Virus record (IMG/VR): IMGVR_UViG_3300025517_000003
Coordinates: 1 to 48,726 of that record
Strand: one strand, 5' to 3'
From: a virus
Lineage: Duplodnaviria > Caudoviricetes
Length of the DNA: 48,726 bases
The position numbers were made by a program, and so were the translations under genes. The notes under the pieces are model-generated. The model ran no database searches. It was not told the origin of the DNA and worked only from the letters and a program-made list of their open reading frames with translations. Of the stretch, positions 36,466-46,734 are shown in pieces (position 1 is the first letter of the stretch; each line of letters starts with the position of its first letter).

Positions 36466-36957
36466 TTAGGACGCCATTCCAGTCGAACCATATCCGCCAG
36501 CACCGCGTTCCGTTTCGTCCAGCTCACCTACTTCCACGAAGGACGCCGCAGGAACGATACCGATGACACCTTGCGCGATTCTGTCGCCAGCTGAAACGTT
36601 GATAACTTCGTCGCCGATGTTTTCCATGATGATGCCGATTTCTCCGCGATAACCGCTGTCGACAGTTCCAGGACTATTTGCGACGCGCAGCTTTGTCTTT
36701 GCGGACATCCCAGAACGCGGACGGATTTGTAATTCGAAACCTTTCGGGACAGCCATCGCCAGCCCAGTCTTGATAATGACTGTTTCACCTGGCTGCACCC
36801 ATGCATCATGAATAGCCGCCAGGTCGAAGCCAGCGTCGCCATCCTTCGCGTATTTCGGCAGCGCCACATCAGGATGCAGCTTTTTGACTTTCACAGGGAC
36901 TTTTCCTGTTAAAAAGAATTGTAGCCGCAGCACAAAAAGTTTAAGTGCTTCCATCAT
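36466..36957 (-). CDS. dut: Trimeric dUTPase
   Basis: AGFDL, RPRSG, GTVDSGYRGE, RIAQ, RGAGGYGSTG. Confidence 0.97.
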   Translation of the reverse strand: MMEALKLFVLRLQFFLTGKVPVKVKKLHPDVALPKYAKDGDAGFDLAAIHDAWVQPGETVIIKTGLAMAVPKGFELQIRPRSGMSAKTKLRVANSPGTVDSGYRGEIGIIMENIGDEVINVSAGDRIAQGVIGIVPAASFVEVGELDETERGAGGYGSTGMAS

Positions 36958-36961
36958 GAAT

Positions 36962-37663
36962 TCATTCCCCCTTTAAGCGTTTGACGGTTTCTTGAATGGC
37001 GTCCGCGTGTTCAGCGAAGTCGCCACGATAGTTTGTTTCCAGCTTACAAAAGACGGCTAACTTGCCTTTGAAGTGCTCCATATACACTTCGAATGGTGTC
37101 AGTCCAGCGATTCTTTGTAGTTTTTTGTTATCGACTTGCCGCGTCGAACCGATTACTACGACTTTGCTGCTGTCATGGCAGCGTGTTAGTACGGCTTGCA
37201 GTTCTTCCAGGTCGAATGATTGCGCTTCGTCGATGATGATGAACGCATCCTTCCAGTTCACACCGCGCGCATATGACGAAGTCAGCGTCACCAGTTTTCC
37301 GCTTTGCTGCCATTTTTCTGCGATGCCTGGTTGCACATATTCCAGCGCATCATATAATGGCGCCATATATGGTGCTTCTTTTTCCTTCAGGTCGCCAGGC
37401 AAGAAGCCCTGTTCGCGCACAGGAACAGCATTTCGCACATAGATGATTCTTTGATATGTTTCGCGTTCCAGTTCATACGCGCCGCAAAGAACAGCCAGCG
37501 TCGTCTTCCCTGTTCCCGCCTTTGCGTCCACCCATACAGACTGAACGATTCCAACATCTTGCCACAGTGCTTGCGCATATGCGTATTGATGAGGGTCAGC
37601 CAGTATGTTAAAACCGCGTTCTTCCATCCATTTGAAGCGAATATCTTGATACTTACCGCCCAT
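36962..37663 (-). CDS. phoH: PhoH-family ATPase
   Basis: AGTGKT, GFLPGDLKEK, ARG, IIDEAQ. Confidence 0.92.
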   Translation of the reverse strand: MGGKYQDIRFKWMEERGFNILADPHQYAYAQALWQDVGIVQSVWVDAKAGTGKTTLAVLCGAYELERETYQRIIYVRNAVPVREQGFLPGDLKEKEAPYMAPLYDALEYVQPGIAEKWQQSGKLVTLTSSYARGVNWKDAFIIIDEAQSFDLEELQAVLTRCHDSSKVVVIGSTRQVDNKKLQRIAGLTPFEVYMEHFKGKLAVFCKLETNYRGDFAEHADAIQETVKRLKGE

Positions 37664-37827
37664 TACGAACGCCCCTTTGTTTGTTTATAGTCCGAATAGC
37701 TATAATACGCCAACAACACGCACATCATGACGCCCATGAATGTTGGAATGGTTAAGCCTGTCACTAATAGGACAACAGCATATAGCAGAAATAAAACTAT
37801 ATTTAGCTTCCGAATCAGTTGCAACAT
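37663..37827 (-). CDS. Small two-TM membrane protein (54 aa), not in ORF track
   Basis: MLQLIRKLNIVLFLLYAVVLLVTGLTIPTFMGVMMCVLLAYYSYSDYKQTKGRS*; RBS AAGGAGGAG; stop overlaps phoH start. Confidence 0.7.
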   Translation of the reverse strand: MLQLIRKLNIVLFLLYAVVLLVTGLTIPTFMGVMMCVLLAYYSYSDYKQTKGRS

Positions 37828-37892
37828 TTCGGCTCCTCCTTTGCTTTATAGGAAGGCGAGCCATTAGGCGCGCCGATTACACTGTTTACTCA

Positions 37893-40250
37893 TCATCTTA
37901 CAGGACAAACGCCGCCCTCGCAGCCATCATCACCGATGTCGAAGTCTTCGCCTGATTCGTAGATTCGCAGAATGTCAGGATTGAATTCAGGCATCTGCTT
38001 GCGCATCTCTTCGTATTGCTCTTTCGTGATGGCTTCATATGGCGCCAGCTGGTACGTTCCGCCGTCATATGACAAGAATGACACCGCGCAGAAGTCGTCC
38101 CATTCTTTGAAGATGCGTTCACGAACGCCATCCCATTCGTCAGGACGCACATGAATTGTGTTTGATGAATTGTGTTCTGTGTAGTATTTTTGGAATCGGA
38201 AGTATGTGTCCAGCTGTTCTTGCGCGCTTACATCGTCTTTTGTTCTGGACGCACCAGAAGCGACAGGGAAGTCGATGACAAGTGTCCGCGCATTCTTCAT
38301 GCGCTCTTCTTCCGTTTCGCCTGGCGTCCCTACTTCTGGATGCACTTTCCAGCCCATACCAATGACAGCTTGTGCCAGCGGGTCAGCCGCATTGATGCGG
38401 ATGCGTCGGATATAATACGGCGAATGTGACCAGTGAAGCCCAGAAGATACGCCACCGAATACCTGGCTAATTGTTCCTTCGGGCTTAATGGTTGTCACAA
38501 GCAGCGGCGCCGCGATTCGAAGCTGCTTCGCATATTCATCCGCTGATACTCTTGCGACGTGTCCCAGTTCTTCCAAAATGTCTTTTTCTTCGTCTTCCGT
38601 GATACCTGCCTTCGCGAATGCGTCCTTCACGCCAGTCAGCGATGTTCCCAGCAATCTGTCGCGTTCCTGGACAGCGTTCCAGTGCGGAAGTTCTAACTGT
38701 GCCAGCGTCATGCGAAGTCCAGCGCGGGCAGATAGACGCTGCGCTTTTCGCAAGCCTTCCATGTCCAGCTTTCCGTTCTTCACGAATGCCGCGACGTTCA
38801 CCGTCGTCAGATTGCAGACGCCGTATGAGTCCAGGATGATTTCTGCGCAAGGATTCATCCCCAGACGCTTCATTGTCGCCTGTAACAAGTTTTCAGACGG
38901 ATTAGTAATGCCCTGTCCAGAAAGTCGACGGCGCGCCATTTCACGCAGATTCACGAATCCTGGTTCGCCTTCAGCTTGTAACATTTCGAACACCATCTTC
39001 AAGAAGTCTTCAGAAGGCTTTTGCGTGAATGCGATTGAATTGTTCGACATACGACGATGATGCAGCGGGCGTCCTGGATTCGCAGGATAGTGAACATATT
39101 TGCCAGGATGCTTTTCTTCCGCTTCTTCGCGCGTTTCGTAGAACTTGCCGTCGACGGAATACATCTTCACGCCCAGCTTGTCGAACCATGCAGGGACTGG
39201 AATTCCTTGCGACATCATCATTTGTTTGATGCGTTCATGTCTTTCGAATTGTTCTTCTGTCCAGATGCCATTGATACCGTATTTTGCGAATATGCTTTCA
39301 TAGTCGTCTGCGTCCATTAGGAATATTTCCGCTGTTCTACGCACGCCGCCGACGACGACATTCGCGCCGATTAGATTCCCGATGTCTAAAATATGAATAG
39401 GACGGACTTTGCCGTAGCCTTTCGCGTCACGTTTTATCGGTTCAAGCGTCGGGTCGATTTTGTTCTTTAAGACTTTGTCGATGCCTTCGAACATTTCGCG
39501 CAATGGTTCGTATCCCGATGCGGTTCCTCCGAACGTGTTCAGGCGTTCGCCTTTCGGTCTGACACTGTTATAACTGATTTTGATTGTGTGAACGTGTTCG
39601 AATTCTTTTTCAGTCAGCACCTTCAGGAACATGCGCAAGGATTCCACCCAGCCCTCCTTGCTATCGCCGACATAGATTTTGACGTAGCCGTTTTTTAAGT
39701 CCACCAGCTTTGAGTGTTCCAGGCGTTCTTCCTTTTTGACTGGTTCATAGTCGCCATGAATTACTTGCACATTCGTTCTGATAGGCGCAAGGTTTGCAGT
39801 CATTTCCTTTGTTGCTCTGTATCCGACGCCAGTGCCTACTAACAACAGATAAAACAAGTCGCACAAGTCTTCCCATTTGCTGATGTTTAAGAATGAACAG
39901 TTAAAATTCGCCAGCGGGTATTTATCCGCTACGCCTGTTTCAGCGCCGCCTACCCAGAATGTGCGTCCTGATAATGCCTGGCGCAGATTGAAGATGTTGT
40001 CGAATAATTCTTGCGCTTCCTTGCGTAGTTCTGGTAACATTTCGCGATACTTGATTCGTGTCATGTGTTTGCGTGCCAGACCTACGTTATACTCCACCGA
40101 ACGACGCACAGTTTCCTTCCATGTTTCACGGCGACGCTTTTCAGGCAGCCATCTGGAATATGTTCGATAGAATACGAACTTCCCCAGTTCATTCATGTGT
40201 TCAGGGAAGTCAGGGTATTTCGCAATAAATTTGTCAGATAATATTTTCAT
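37893..40250 (-). CDS. nrdJ: Class II (B12-dependent, monomeric RTPR-type) ribonucleotide reductase
   Basis: [36 protein letters not shown]-terminal CEGGVCPVR; no beta subunit gene present. Confidence 0.93.
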   Translation of the reverse strand: MKILSDKFIAKYPDFPEHMNELGKFVFYRTYSRWLPEKRRRETWKETVRRSVEYNVGLARKHMTRIKYREMLPELRKEAQELFDNIFNLRQALSGRTFWVGGAETGVADKYPLANFNCSFLNISKWEDLCDLFYLLLVGTGVGYRATKEMTANLAPIRTNVQVIHGDYEPVKKEERLEHSKLVDLKNGYVKIYVGDSKEGWVESLRMFLKVLTEKEFEHVHTIKISYNSVRPKGERLNTFGGTASGYEPLREMFEGIDKVLKNKIDPTLEPIKRDAKGYGKVRPIHILDIGNLIGANVVVGGVRRTAEIFLMDADDYESIFAKYGINGIWTEEQFERHERIKQMMMSQGIPVPAWFDKLGVKMYSVDGKFYETREEAEEKHPGKYVHYPANPGRPLHHRRMSNNSIAFTQKPSEDFLKMVFEMLQAEGEPGFVNLREMARRRLSGQGITNPSENLLQATMKRLGMNPCAEIILDSYGVCNLTTVNVAAFVKNGKLDMEGLRKAQRLSARAGLRMTLAQLELPHWNAVQERDRLLGTSLTGVKDAFAKAGITEDEEKDILEELGHVARVSADEYAKQLRIAAPLLVTTIKPEGTISQVFGGVSSGLHWSHSPYYIRRIRINAADPLAQAVIGMGWKVHPEVGTPGETEEERMKNARTLVIDFPVASGASRTKDDVSAQEQLDTYFRFQKYYTEHNSSNTIHVRPDEWDGVRERIFKEWDDFCAVSFLSYDGGTYQLAPYEAITKEQYEEMRKQMPEFNPDILRIYESGEDFDIGDDGCEGGVCPVR

Positions 40251-40328
40251 ACTGTCGGAATTTCCCCTTTCTTTTCTCGTGTTTAAAAAGCACCGACTGT
40301 CTGGCAGTCGGCGTCTTGTCTTCTACAA

Positions 40329-40574
40329 TCATCTTGAATATGAAGAACGTCCTGGCGGCTTCGGTTCGTCGTCTTTGTTGTTCCCTTTGCGGATACCTAC
40401 GCGATAAGACGTGAATAAGAATATTAGAAGGAATGCCAGCGCCAGTGATACGTTTGTCAGGATATAAATTGCGCCTATGAAACCTGATAGAAATACAGTG
40501 AAGATGAATCCTTCAAGCGAACCGTCCACTATTTGTTTCCCGACGGTCTTCGCAGTGTCCAGTATCTTGTTCAT
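40329..40574 (-). CDS. Small membrane protein
   Basis: Two hydrophobic helices. Confidence 0.6.
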   Translation of the reverse strand: MNKILDTAKTVGKQIVDGSLEGFIFTVFLSGFIGAIYILTNVSLALAFLLIFLFTSYRVGIRKGNNKDDEPKPPGRSSYSR

Positions 40575-40825
40575 TTCGACACCCCCTTCATCTTTTCAAT
40601 CAGTTCAACAATGGCGGGCGGATTGAATCCAACCACGCGCCCGACTTCTTCGCCGCCGTCATTCAGCAGCACAAGGGTCGGCGTTCCCATGATTGCGAAT
40701 TTTTCCTTCGCTTCAATATCTTCCAGCGGATTGATAGATTCAGCAGTGACGCCGTGATGCGCCAGTAGTGTCTGCACCATTTTGCATGGCGCGCATCCTG
40801 GCTGCTCGAATTTTAATAGCTTCAT
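40571..40825 (-). CDS. Thioredoxin/NrdH-like redoxin
   Basis: CAPC active site, GTPTLV; upstream of nrdJ. Confidence 0.9.
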   Translation of the reverse strand: MKLLKFEQPGCAPCKMVQTLLAHHGVTAESINPLEDIEAKEKFAIMGTPTLVLLNDGGEEVGRVVGFNPPAIVELIEKMKGVSK

Positions 40826-40850
40826 GTGCCGTCCCTCCTTCGCTTTTAAT

Positions 40851-40874
40851 TACGAAAAAAGAAGCGCATGTCAC
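40851..40874 (-). promoter_or_regulatory. Phage-sigma-type promoter embedded in a terminator
   Basis: AGAAGCG-TGACATG-CGCTTCT-TTTTT-CGTAATT. Confidence 0.7.
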
Positions 40875-41239
40875 GCTTCTTCGTCGATGATTTCTATTTC
40901 CATACGCATTTCTGCGTCCGTGTCGCAATAGAATAGATGCCCTTCGATATGTTTGATTTGTTTATCATCTTTGTAAGCGATACCGTTTAACGCATCTTGC
41001 GCGATTTTCACATAATTGTCGACATCGCCGTGAACTTTCGTGCGGAAGTAGACACGCACAATGAACGTCAAGTCGTTCCCTGGCAGCGGTTCATGAATGT
41101 GTTTGACGGCTTCCTTTGCGATTTTTGCTTCATAATCTTTCGTCTTTTGTGGCGTGAAGGCGACGCCAGTCTTGCGATTGATTCGCGGGCGTTCTTTTGC
41201 TTGCGGTCTGCCTTCAATCGTTATCGCATAGCGTATCAT
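40871..41239 (-). CDS. rusA: RusA Holliday junction resolvase
   Basis: KERPR, GDVDNYVK...DALNGIAYKDDKQI; start trimmed to MIRYAI. Confidence 0.92.
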   Translation of the reverse strand: MIRYAITIEGRPQAKERPRINRKTGVAFTPQKTKDYEAKIAKEAVKHIHEPLPGNDLTFIVRVYFRTKVHGDVDNYVKIAQDALNGIAYKDDKQIKHIEGHLFYCDTDAEMRMEIEIIDEEA

Positions 41240-42222
41240 GAAGCACCGCCTTCCCGAATAGCTTTGACGAACTCGTAGGCGTTGAAGTAGCCATCCTTCA
41301 TCCACTGCGGCATCGTTGAACGCATTACATTCTGAACGATTTGACGCATTTCAGCGAATTCCTCATCTGTCATAGATTGCGCGATGGCTGTCTTGAAGTC
41401 GCAGAAGTTCCATTTTTCCCAGTCCATCGGCGGCGGCGTCTGATTCACGACATCGTCAATGACGTCCGCAAAGTAGTCAAGGACATCGTTCTTCATTTCT
41501 TCCGTGATGTCGACTTCAAAGACGCGGATGTCTGGCGTCTTTTCATAGTCTTCTTCAGACAGTACCCATCCTTTTTTCGCCGCGTTGACATAGATTATTA
41601 GGTACTTATCTAAGTTGTGCATGATTGCGTAGCATATCACCTGGCGCACATGGTCTTCTTTCGGTCCCTTCATACTGAACAACGAAGTCTGCGCTGGTGT
41701 CGTTTGTTTTGATTTGATTTCCAGCCCCATGCGCTTGCCATCTTTATGGCGGATAATGCCGTCTGGCGTCCCTAACAGGTGAAATTGATGCCCACGATGT
41801 TCGACGAAGTGCATGCCGTGAATAAATTCTTCCCACATCGGAAAGCCTTCTTCTGTGCGTTCAACCGTGAACGGTGCAGCTTCACCGAACGTTTTTTCCC
41901 AGTGTTTTTCGATGAACAATAAGTCCCTTTGTAGAATGTCCCCGATGGCTGTCCCGATTCGCTGCCATCGCCCCTGATGTGGCTGCTGCGGCTGTGTGTC
42001 TTTTTTATCGCCGCGCAGTTTGTGATATAACTCCCGCTTCGCAGCATTCGCAGATGATGGCGAAAAATATGTCAGCTGCCAGTTCACTTCCTGGCGTGGA
42101 TTTCGCATGACTTCCGCATATTGTTCGTGAATCAGCGCATCCAGTTCTGTATCCCACGGCTCGCGGATTGAGTGCCATTTATCCAGCATCGCGGTGAATT
42201 CCCTTGCGTATTTATTCTTCAT
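41236..42222 (-). CDS. PD-(D/E)XK (Cas4/YqaJ-like) exonuclease
   Basis: GTPDGII...GLEIKSK...HVRQVICY. Confidence 0.8.
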   Translation of the reverse strand: MKNKYAREFTAMLDKWHSIREPWDTELDALIHEQYAEVMRNPRQEVNWQLTYFSPSSANAAKRELYHKLRGDKKDTQPQQPHQGRWQRIGTAIGDILQRDLLFIEKHWEKTFGEAAPFTVERTEEGFPMWEEFIHGMHFVEHRGHQFHLLGTPDGIIRHKDGKRMGLEIKSKQTTPAQTSLFSMKGPKEDHVRQVICYAIMHNLDKYLIIYVNAAKKGWVLSEEDYEKTPDIRVFEVDITEEMKNDVLDYFADVIDDVVNQTPPPMDWEKWNFCDFKTAIAQSMTDEEFAEMRQIVQNVMRSTMPQWMKDGYFNAYEFVKAIREGGAS

Positions 42223-42309
42223 TACATCGCCCCCATGATAAAAAAGCGCGGCTGCCGTTTAAGTAGCCACCACCTTCGCAGATTTTTGAAGATACTTCAG
42301 ACTGTTTCA

Positions 42310-42594
42310 TTATTCCGCGCCATCCTCGATTTCCTCTTCTTGCGCTTTTACGGCGTCGATGACGTGCTGAATCGCAAGACGATTCAACAGATGCGTCATG
42401 CCCACCATATCTTCTGAATTCGTTGTTAGTTCGTTATATAGCGTTGTTACCGCCATCAGGATGCTCGTGAATAAGTCATTCGCATTGATGTCGTGTAAGT
42501 CGATTTTGCCGACGTCGATTGATTCTTCCTGTTCATCCAGTAAGAATGCCAGCGCAGCCATCACCTTCAGCGCAGTGTCTTGACGTTTTTCCAT
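42310..42594 (-). CDS. Hypothetical acidic protein
   Basis: 94 aa; RBS GGGAGG. Confidence 0.65.
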   Translation of the reverse strand: MEKRQDTALKVMAALAFLLDEQEESIDVGKIDLHDINANDLFTSILMAVTTLYNELTTNSEDMVGMTHLLNRLAIQHVIDAVKAQEEEIEDGAE

Positions 42595-42635
42595 TTAAAA
42601 TTCCTCCCGAAAAATAATGATTAGATTCGTAAAAG

Positions 42636-44870
42636 TTACACCGCAGCGCCAGCGGCAGCCAGCGCTTCTTTCGGCGTGTCGAAGTAGCAAACCACGTCGC
42701 CATCCGATACTTTCCACTGTTTTGCTTTTGCGTCCCAGTTGACGCTTTCACCCCAGTGATACGCAGCTTCGATGTCCGATTTCGACGGAACTTTCAATTC
42801 CACCGCATGCAGCATCGTGTGCTCGAATTCCATGACGTCAGCTGGCGTGATTGTATCAGGCGCATATACACCGATTTCATCATGCACTGTCAGCACCATT
42901 TTCCAACCTTTGCGCTTGCATAATTCAGCCACCTTCAGCATTGCGATTTTTGTCATAATGGCAGCGCTGCCCTGGATGATGGCGTTCGTTGCCTGGCGCT
43001 CTGCCCGATAGCGAACCCATTCATCGCGGCTATTGATTTCAGGCAGACGTCTTTTGCGTCCCATCAGCATTTCCACATAACCATGCTTGCGCGCGAACTC
43101 GACGTTCCCTTCTATCCATCGCTTAACGTACTTATATTTCGCATAGAATTTTTTAATGAAGTCATCGGCTTCTTCGACAGTAATGCCCAGCTGCTTCGCC
43201 AGTGTGTTCGTTCCTGTGCCGTACATCACCGCAAGAATGCCAGTCTTCATCATCTTGCGCCATTTCGAACCGTCGCCGCATTCTGATTCAGGAAGCCCCC
43301 ACAATTCAGCTGCTGCGGTTGTGTATAAGTCCTTGCCTTGTCGATATGCTTCAATCAGAAGCGGTTCACCGCTGAAATGCGCCAGTAGTCGCGGTTCCTG
43401 CTGCGAAAAGTCCCCAGACAGAAGCACCATTCCTGGTGGCGCTTTGAATATCTGGCGCACATATTTCGGCTGATTCTGCAAGTTCGGATTCTTCGAACTG
43501 AAGCGCCCTGTCACCGTGCTGTCTTGCTTGAATTCGCCATGAATACGTCCGTCTGATTTGACTTGTTTCGGCAGTGCGTCGATATATGTGCCGTATAGTT
43601 TCATCAGCGCTTTATATTCCAGCAGCACGCTGATTCCTTCATGATGTTCCGCCAGAACTTTCAGCGCATTCTTATCTGTTGATTGCTTCATTCCAGGCGG
43701 TAGATGCTTGCCTAGCTTTAAGTCCTCGTAAAATATCTTTGAAAGTTGCGCAGGACTATTGAAGTTGACATCGTCCCCGAAGTGCTGTTTCAGCTGTGCT
43801 TCTAGCGCTTCTATTTCCTTGCGCATCTGCTTGCCAAGTGCTTTTGCTCTGTCGATGTCCAGGATGAATCCTTCTTGTTCCATTTCTACAACGACGTCAA
43901 TCAACGGATTTTCGATTTCATAGTAAACAGTCCGCAATTTTGGCAGCCTGTCTAAATGGTGCTGCATAAAACGATATAAGCGCCATGTAAGGTGCGTATC
44001 TTTCGCCGCATATGCCAGTGCAACGCGAAGATTTGTAATTTTATGAAATGGCGTCTTCCCGAACAGCGCATCGTACGTGTCAGACGGTTCTCCTAGATAA
44101 ACAGTCGCCAAGTCTTTCAGGCGCTTCGATGGCTCGTTTTCGTTCAGGATTTGCATGGCGACTTGTGTGTCGAAGTGTACACCTTGAACACGGACGCCGT
44201 GCCTAATGAACATGTGTATATCGAATTTCGCATTGTGCAGCACTTTGCGCAGATTGTTGTCTTGTAGATAAGGACGCAAACGTTCCAGGACAATTTCACG
44301 ATTCAGCTGCGGTTCGTCCGTGTCATGTGCGACTGGAATATAACAATGCCTATCCGCAGATGGTAGACTGATTGATATTCCGACGATTTCATCCGCAAAG
44401 ACATCTAGCCCAGTCGTTTCTGTATCCAGCGCGATGATACTTTCCTTTGACATCGCAGCAATGAAGTCGTCCAAGTGCGCCCATGTCTGTATCAGTTCGT
44501 AATTCTGTGGCAATTTTTCGAGAAGTTCCGCGATTTTCTTGTCGCGGTCGCGCTGTTCCAGCTTTGCATATAACCGCAGCGCTTCTGCCTTGCTGAACGC
44601 TTTCACTTTGCCGCGTTTGTCGATGGCATCGCTAGGGTCGCGGCTAATTTCCCCTGCCATCATCGCTTCATAGACGCGTTTCAGTTTCTTTGTATCCGAC
44701 TCACTGTTCTTCATCTTTGCGATTTTACGCCATGCGTCCATGATTCCGTCGTGCATCTGTTTGCTGCGTTCTTGCGCGGCTTGCGCCCGCTGGCGCTTTG
44801 CCGCTTCTTTGTCCTCGACGTCCTTCATTGTCAGCTTCATTTTTGTGCGGTCAAGTAACACTATTATCAC
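42636..44870 (-). CDS. polA: Family A DNA polymerase with 3'-5' exonuclease
   Basis: ALDTETTG, HNAKFD, TGRFSSKNPNLQN, DFSQQEPR, KTGILAVMYG, TVHDE; start may be ATG at 44840. Confidence 0.96.
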   Translation of the reverse strand: MIIVLLDRTKMKLTMKDVEDKEAAKRQRAQAAQERSKQMHDGIMDAWRKIAKMKNSESDTKKLKRVYEAMMAGEISRDPSDAIDKRGKVKAFSKAEALRLYAKLEQRDRDKKIAELLEKLPQNYELIQTWAHLDDFIAAMSKESIIALDTETTGLDVFADEIVGISISLPSADRHCYIPVAHDTDEPQLNREIVLERLRPYLQDNNLRKVLHNAKFDIHMFIRHGVRVQGVHFDTQVAMQILNENEPSKRLKDLATVYLGEPSDTYDALFGKTPFHKITNLRVALAYAAKDTHLTWRLYRFMQHHLDRLPKLRTVYYEIENPLIDVVVEMEQEGFILDIDRAKALGKQMRKEIEALEAQLKQHFGDDVNFNSPAQLSKIFYEDLKLGKHLPPGMKQSTDKNALKVLAEHHEGISVLLEYKALMKLYGTYIDALPKQVKSDGRIHGEFKQDSTVTGRFSSKNPNLQNQPKYVRQIFKAPPGMVLLSGDFSQQEPRLLAHFSGEPLLIEAYRQGKDLYTTAAAELWGLPESECGDGSKWRKMMKTGILAVMYGTGTNTLAKQLGITVEEADDFIKKFYAKYKYVKRWIEGNVEFARKHGYVEMLMGRKRRLPEINSRDEWVRYRAERQATNAIIQGSAAIMTKIAMLKVAELCKRKGWKMVLTVHDEIGVYAPDTITPADVMEFEHTMLHAVELKVPSKSDIEAAYHWGESVNWDAKAKQWKVSDGDVVCYFDTPKEALAAAGAAV

Positions 44871-44883
44871 ACCTTTCAGCTGA

Positions 44884-45276
44884 TTATTTGCGTTCTGCCA
44901 GCCGTGTCATCGCAGTGTCCAACCGCTTCCATTTCCCAAGCGTCCCAGGCTGCGCCCAGTATTCCCGCTTTCCTTCGTTCTGCACAAGATAGACGCTTCC
45001 ATCGTCCAGGATGCCCAGGAAAAAGTCGCATTCATCTTTCGAATACTTTTGTCCGTTTCCTTTGCGCGCATGCAGCACGATTGCGCCGCCGCGGTCTTCC
45101 CTAATTTGCAGCGTCTTCACCTGGATTTCTTTCCACTGTCCGCTGTCAGGGTCTTTTGCGACGATGTCATATGATTCAGGACAAAAAGGTTCTGCGATTT
45201 CCCAGCCGTTCGCCAGCAGCGCGGTTGCCGCAAGCAGTTGCGAATGAACGCCTTTTTGTATATTTCTGTGTGCCAT
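44884..45276 (-). CDS. PD-(D/E)XK endonuclease-like protein
   Basis: YDIVA...EIQVKT...YSKDECDFF. Confidence 0.7.
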   Translation of the reverse strand: MAHRNIQKGVHSQLLAATALLANGWEIAEPFCPESYDIVAKDPDSGQWKEIQVKTLQIREDRGGAIVLHARKGNGQKYSKDECDFFLGILDDGSVYLVQNEGKREYWAQPGTLGKWKRLDTAMTRLAERK

Positions 45277-45295
45277 TTAACTGACCCCCTTTGAA

Positions 45296-45319
45296 TACGA
45301 AGAAAAAGGCAGCCGTCAC
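45296..45319 (-). promoter_or_regulatory. Phage-sigma-type promoter embedded in the ssb terminator
   Basis: AAGGCGGC-GTGACG-GCTGCCTT-TTTCTT-CGTATTCA. Confidence 0.75.
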
Positions 45320-45330
45320 GCCGCCTTCGA

Positions 45331-46119
45331 TTAGAATAGTTTTTTAGCCTTTTCTTCTCCGCTTACTTGTTCGCCCGCATCATCGCTGCTGTTTGCGTCA
45401 GTGTCCTTCTTTTCAAGCGCATCAGGGTCGATTCCTAGACGTGTCACGTCGAAGCCGAAGTTCAACAAGTCGCGTGCCTGTTCTTCTTCCGATTTGAAGC
45501 GGAATAGTTTACCAAAGGCTTCGCTATCGAATTCCTTGCCTTTGTATTTTTCGAAGTTCGCCTGCTGTTCTTCTGTTAGTTCATCCAGTTCTATAACAGG
45601 CATCAGCACGACAGATGTATTTGTGCCGCTTCCTGATTTGCCTAGTTCGAACGCCTTTTTGTCGATATACTTTGCGTAGTTTTCGATTACTTCGATGACG
45701 GCGTTCCCCTGTTTTTCAGTCATTTCAACGATAATCGGTTCGCCAGTCGATAAGTCCACGAAGCCAAATAGATAACGTCTTTTTGGCAGAAGTTGCGCTG
45801 CGAATCTGCGCTTTTCTTTTGCTTCTTCTTCGCTGATTACACCCGCTTCCAGTTCTGCTTTGATGTCCTCGAACATCAGCGCAGCTGCTTTGTCGTATAA
45901 GTCTTCCTTGCCCGCTGGTTTACTGCATGGCGTCGTATTAATGCGCGGCTTGAAGTTTGTGTGCGCTTCGTATAAAACATAGTCCTCGTCACCCAACAGC
46001 TTGACTACAAGCGGCGCTTGCCCTGGTTTCGGGATGCGCTTCAATAAGTCACTGTATGAATGATTTTTACTTTCGCTGATTTCCTTTGCCTTCTTTCCAC
46101 GCGCTACAATATAATCCAT
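45331..46119 (-). CDS. Single-stranded DNA-binding protein (phage type)
   Basis: Acidic C-terminus ending LF; GSGTNTS motif; upstream of polA; start trimmed to MDYIV. Confidence 0.65.
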   Translation of the reverse strand: MDYIVARGKKAKEISESKNHSYSDLLKRIPKPGQAPLVVKLLGDEDYVLYEAHTNFKPRINTTPCSKPAGKEDLYDKAAALMFEDIKAELEAGVISEEEAKEKRRFAAQLLPKRRYLFGFVDLSTGEPIIVEMTEKQGNAVIEVIENYAKYIDKKAFELGKSGSGTNTSVVLMPVIELDELTEEQQANFEKYKGKEFDSEAFGKLFRFKSEEEQARDLLNFGFDVTRLGIDPDALEKKDTDANSSDDAGEQVSGEEKAKKLF

Positions 46120-46194
46120 GCAACAGTTCCCCTTTCGCTTTTTAATTTCGATGTCAGACGCTGGATGACTCCCGCTTCCGACTTCATATTTTAA

Positions 46195-46218
46195 TACGCA
46201 AGCCTTGTGAATTGTCAC
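46195..46218 (-). promoter_or_regulatory. Phage-sigma-type promoter (ssb)
   Basis: TGTGAC-15-CGTATTAA. Confidence 0.75.
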
Positions 46219-46730
46219 AGCATTTTCTTGCGCAATTTGTAGATGTCCACGACTTCCACGCCGACTTCTTCCATCACACGCCAACGCGGAACCAGGCGCC
46301 CTTCCGATTGATACATCACGAAGCCGCTCACATCCACCGTCGATGTTTTGCGTGTTTCAAAGTCGGCGATATTTTCCAGGAACCATGTGCGCACTTTTTG
46401 CATGTCCATAAGATGCAATTCCTCTTTGCTGACGAAGTAATACGCCAGGATGTCTGCCGCAGAATAGATGAAACATCCGTCTGTCCCTTTGTCCAAGTTG
46501 CTGACTGTTTCGAAGTAATAGTTCCCAGTGCGCACATGTCTGTCGGCTTTCACTTCGACGAACTTCGGCTTCTTGTCTGCGCCGAATATAATCATATCGA
46601 CGTCAATGTCCTGGAAGTTCGGGTCGTTTTCAGCGTTTTTCACTGTGTATCCTGAAGACGCAAAAAAGAAAGCAACGGCATCCGTCGCTTCCTTCGATAG
46701 CTTCAGGACGTCTTGGAATTCATAGCCCAT
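46215..46730 (-). CDS. PD-(D/E)XK nuclease-fold protein
   Basis: DVDMII...FVEVKAD...TGNYYFE. Confidence 0.65.
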   Translation of the reverse strand: MGYEFQDVLKLSKEATDAVAFFFASSGYTVKNAENDPNFQDIDVDMIIFGADKKPKFVEVKADRHVRTGNYYFETVSNLDKGTDGCFIYSAADILAYYFVSKEELHLMDMQKVRTWFLENIADFETRKTSTVDVSGFVMYQSEGRLVPRWRVMEEVGVEVVDIYKLRKKML

Positions 46731-46734
46731 TCCA

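Noticed and set aside
41236-42222. Cas4 as evidence of a CRISPR system
   Set aside because: Stand-alone PD-(D/E)XK exonuclease in a replication context, lacking the four-Cys cluster
44884-45276. Intron-encoded homing endonuclease or interrupted polA/nrdJ
   Set aside because: The gene is free-standing with its own promoter and RBS; polA, nrdJ and terL are continuous with no intein or intron signatures seen
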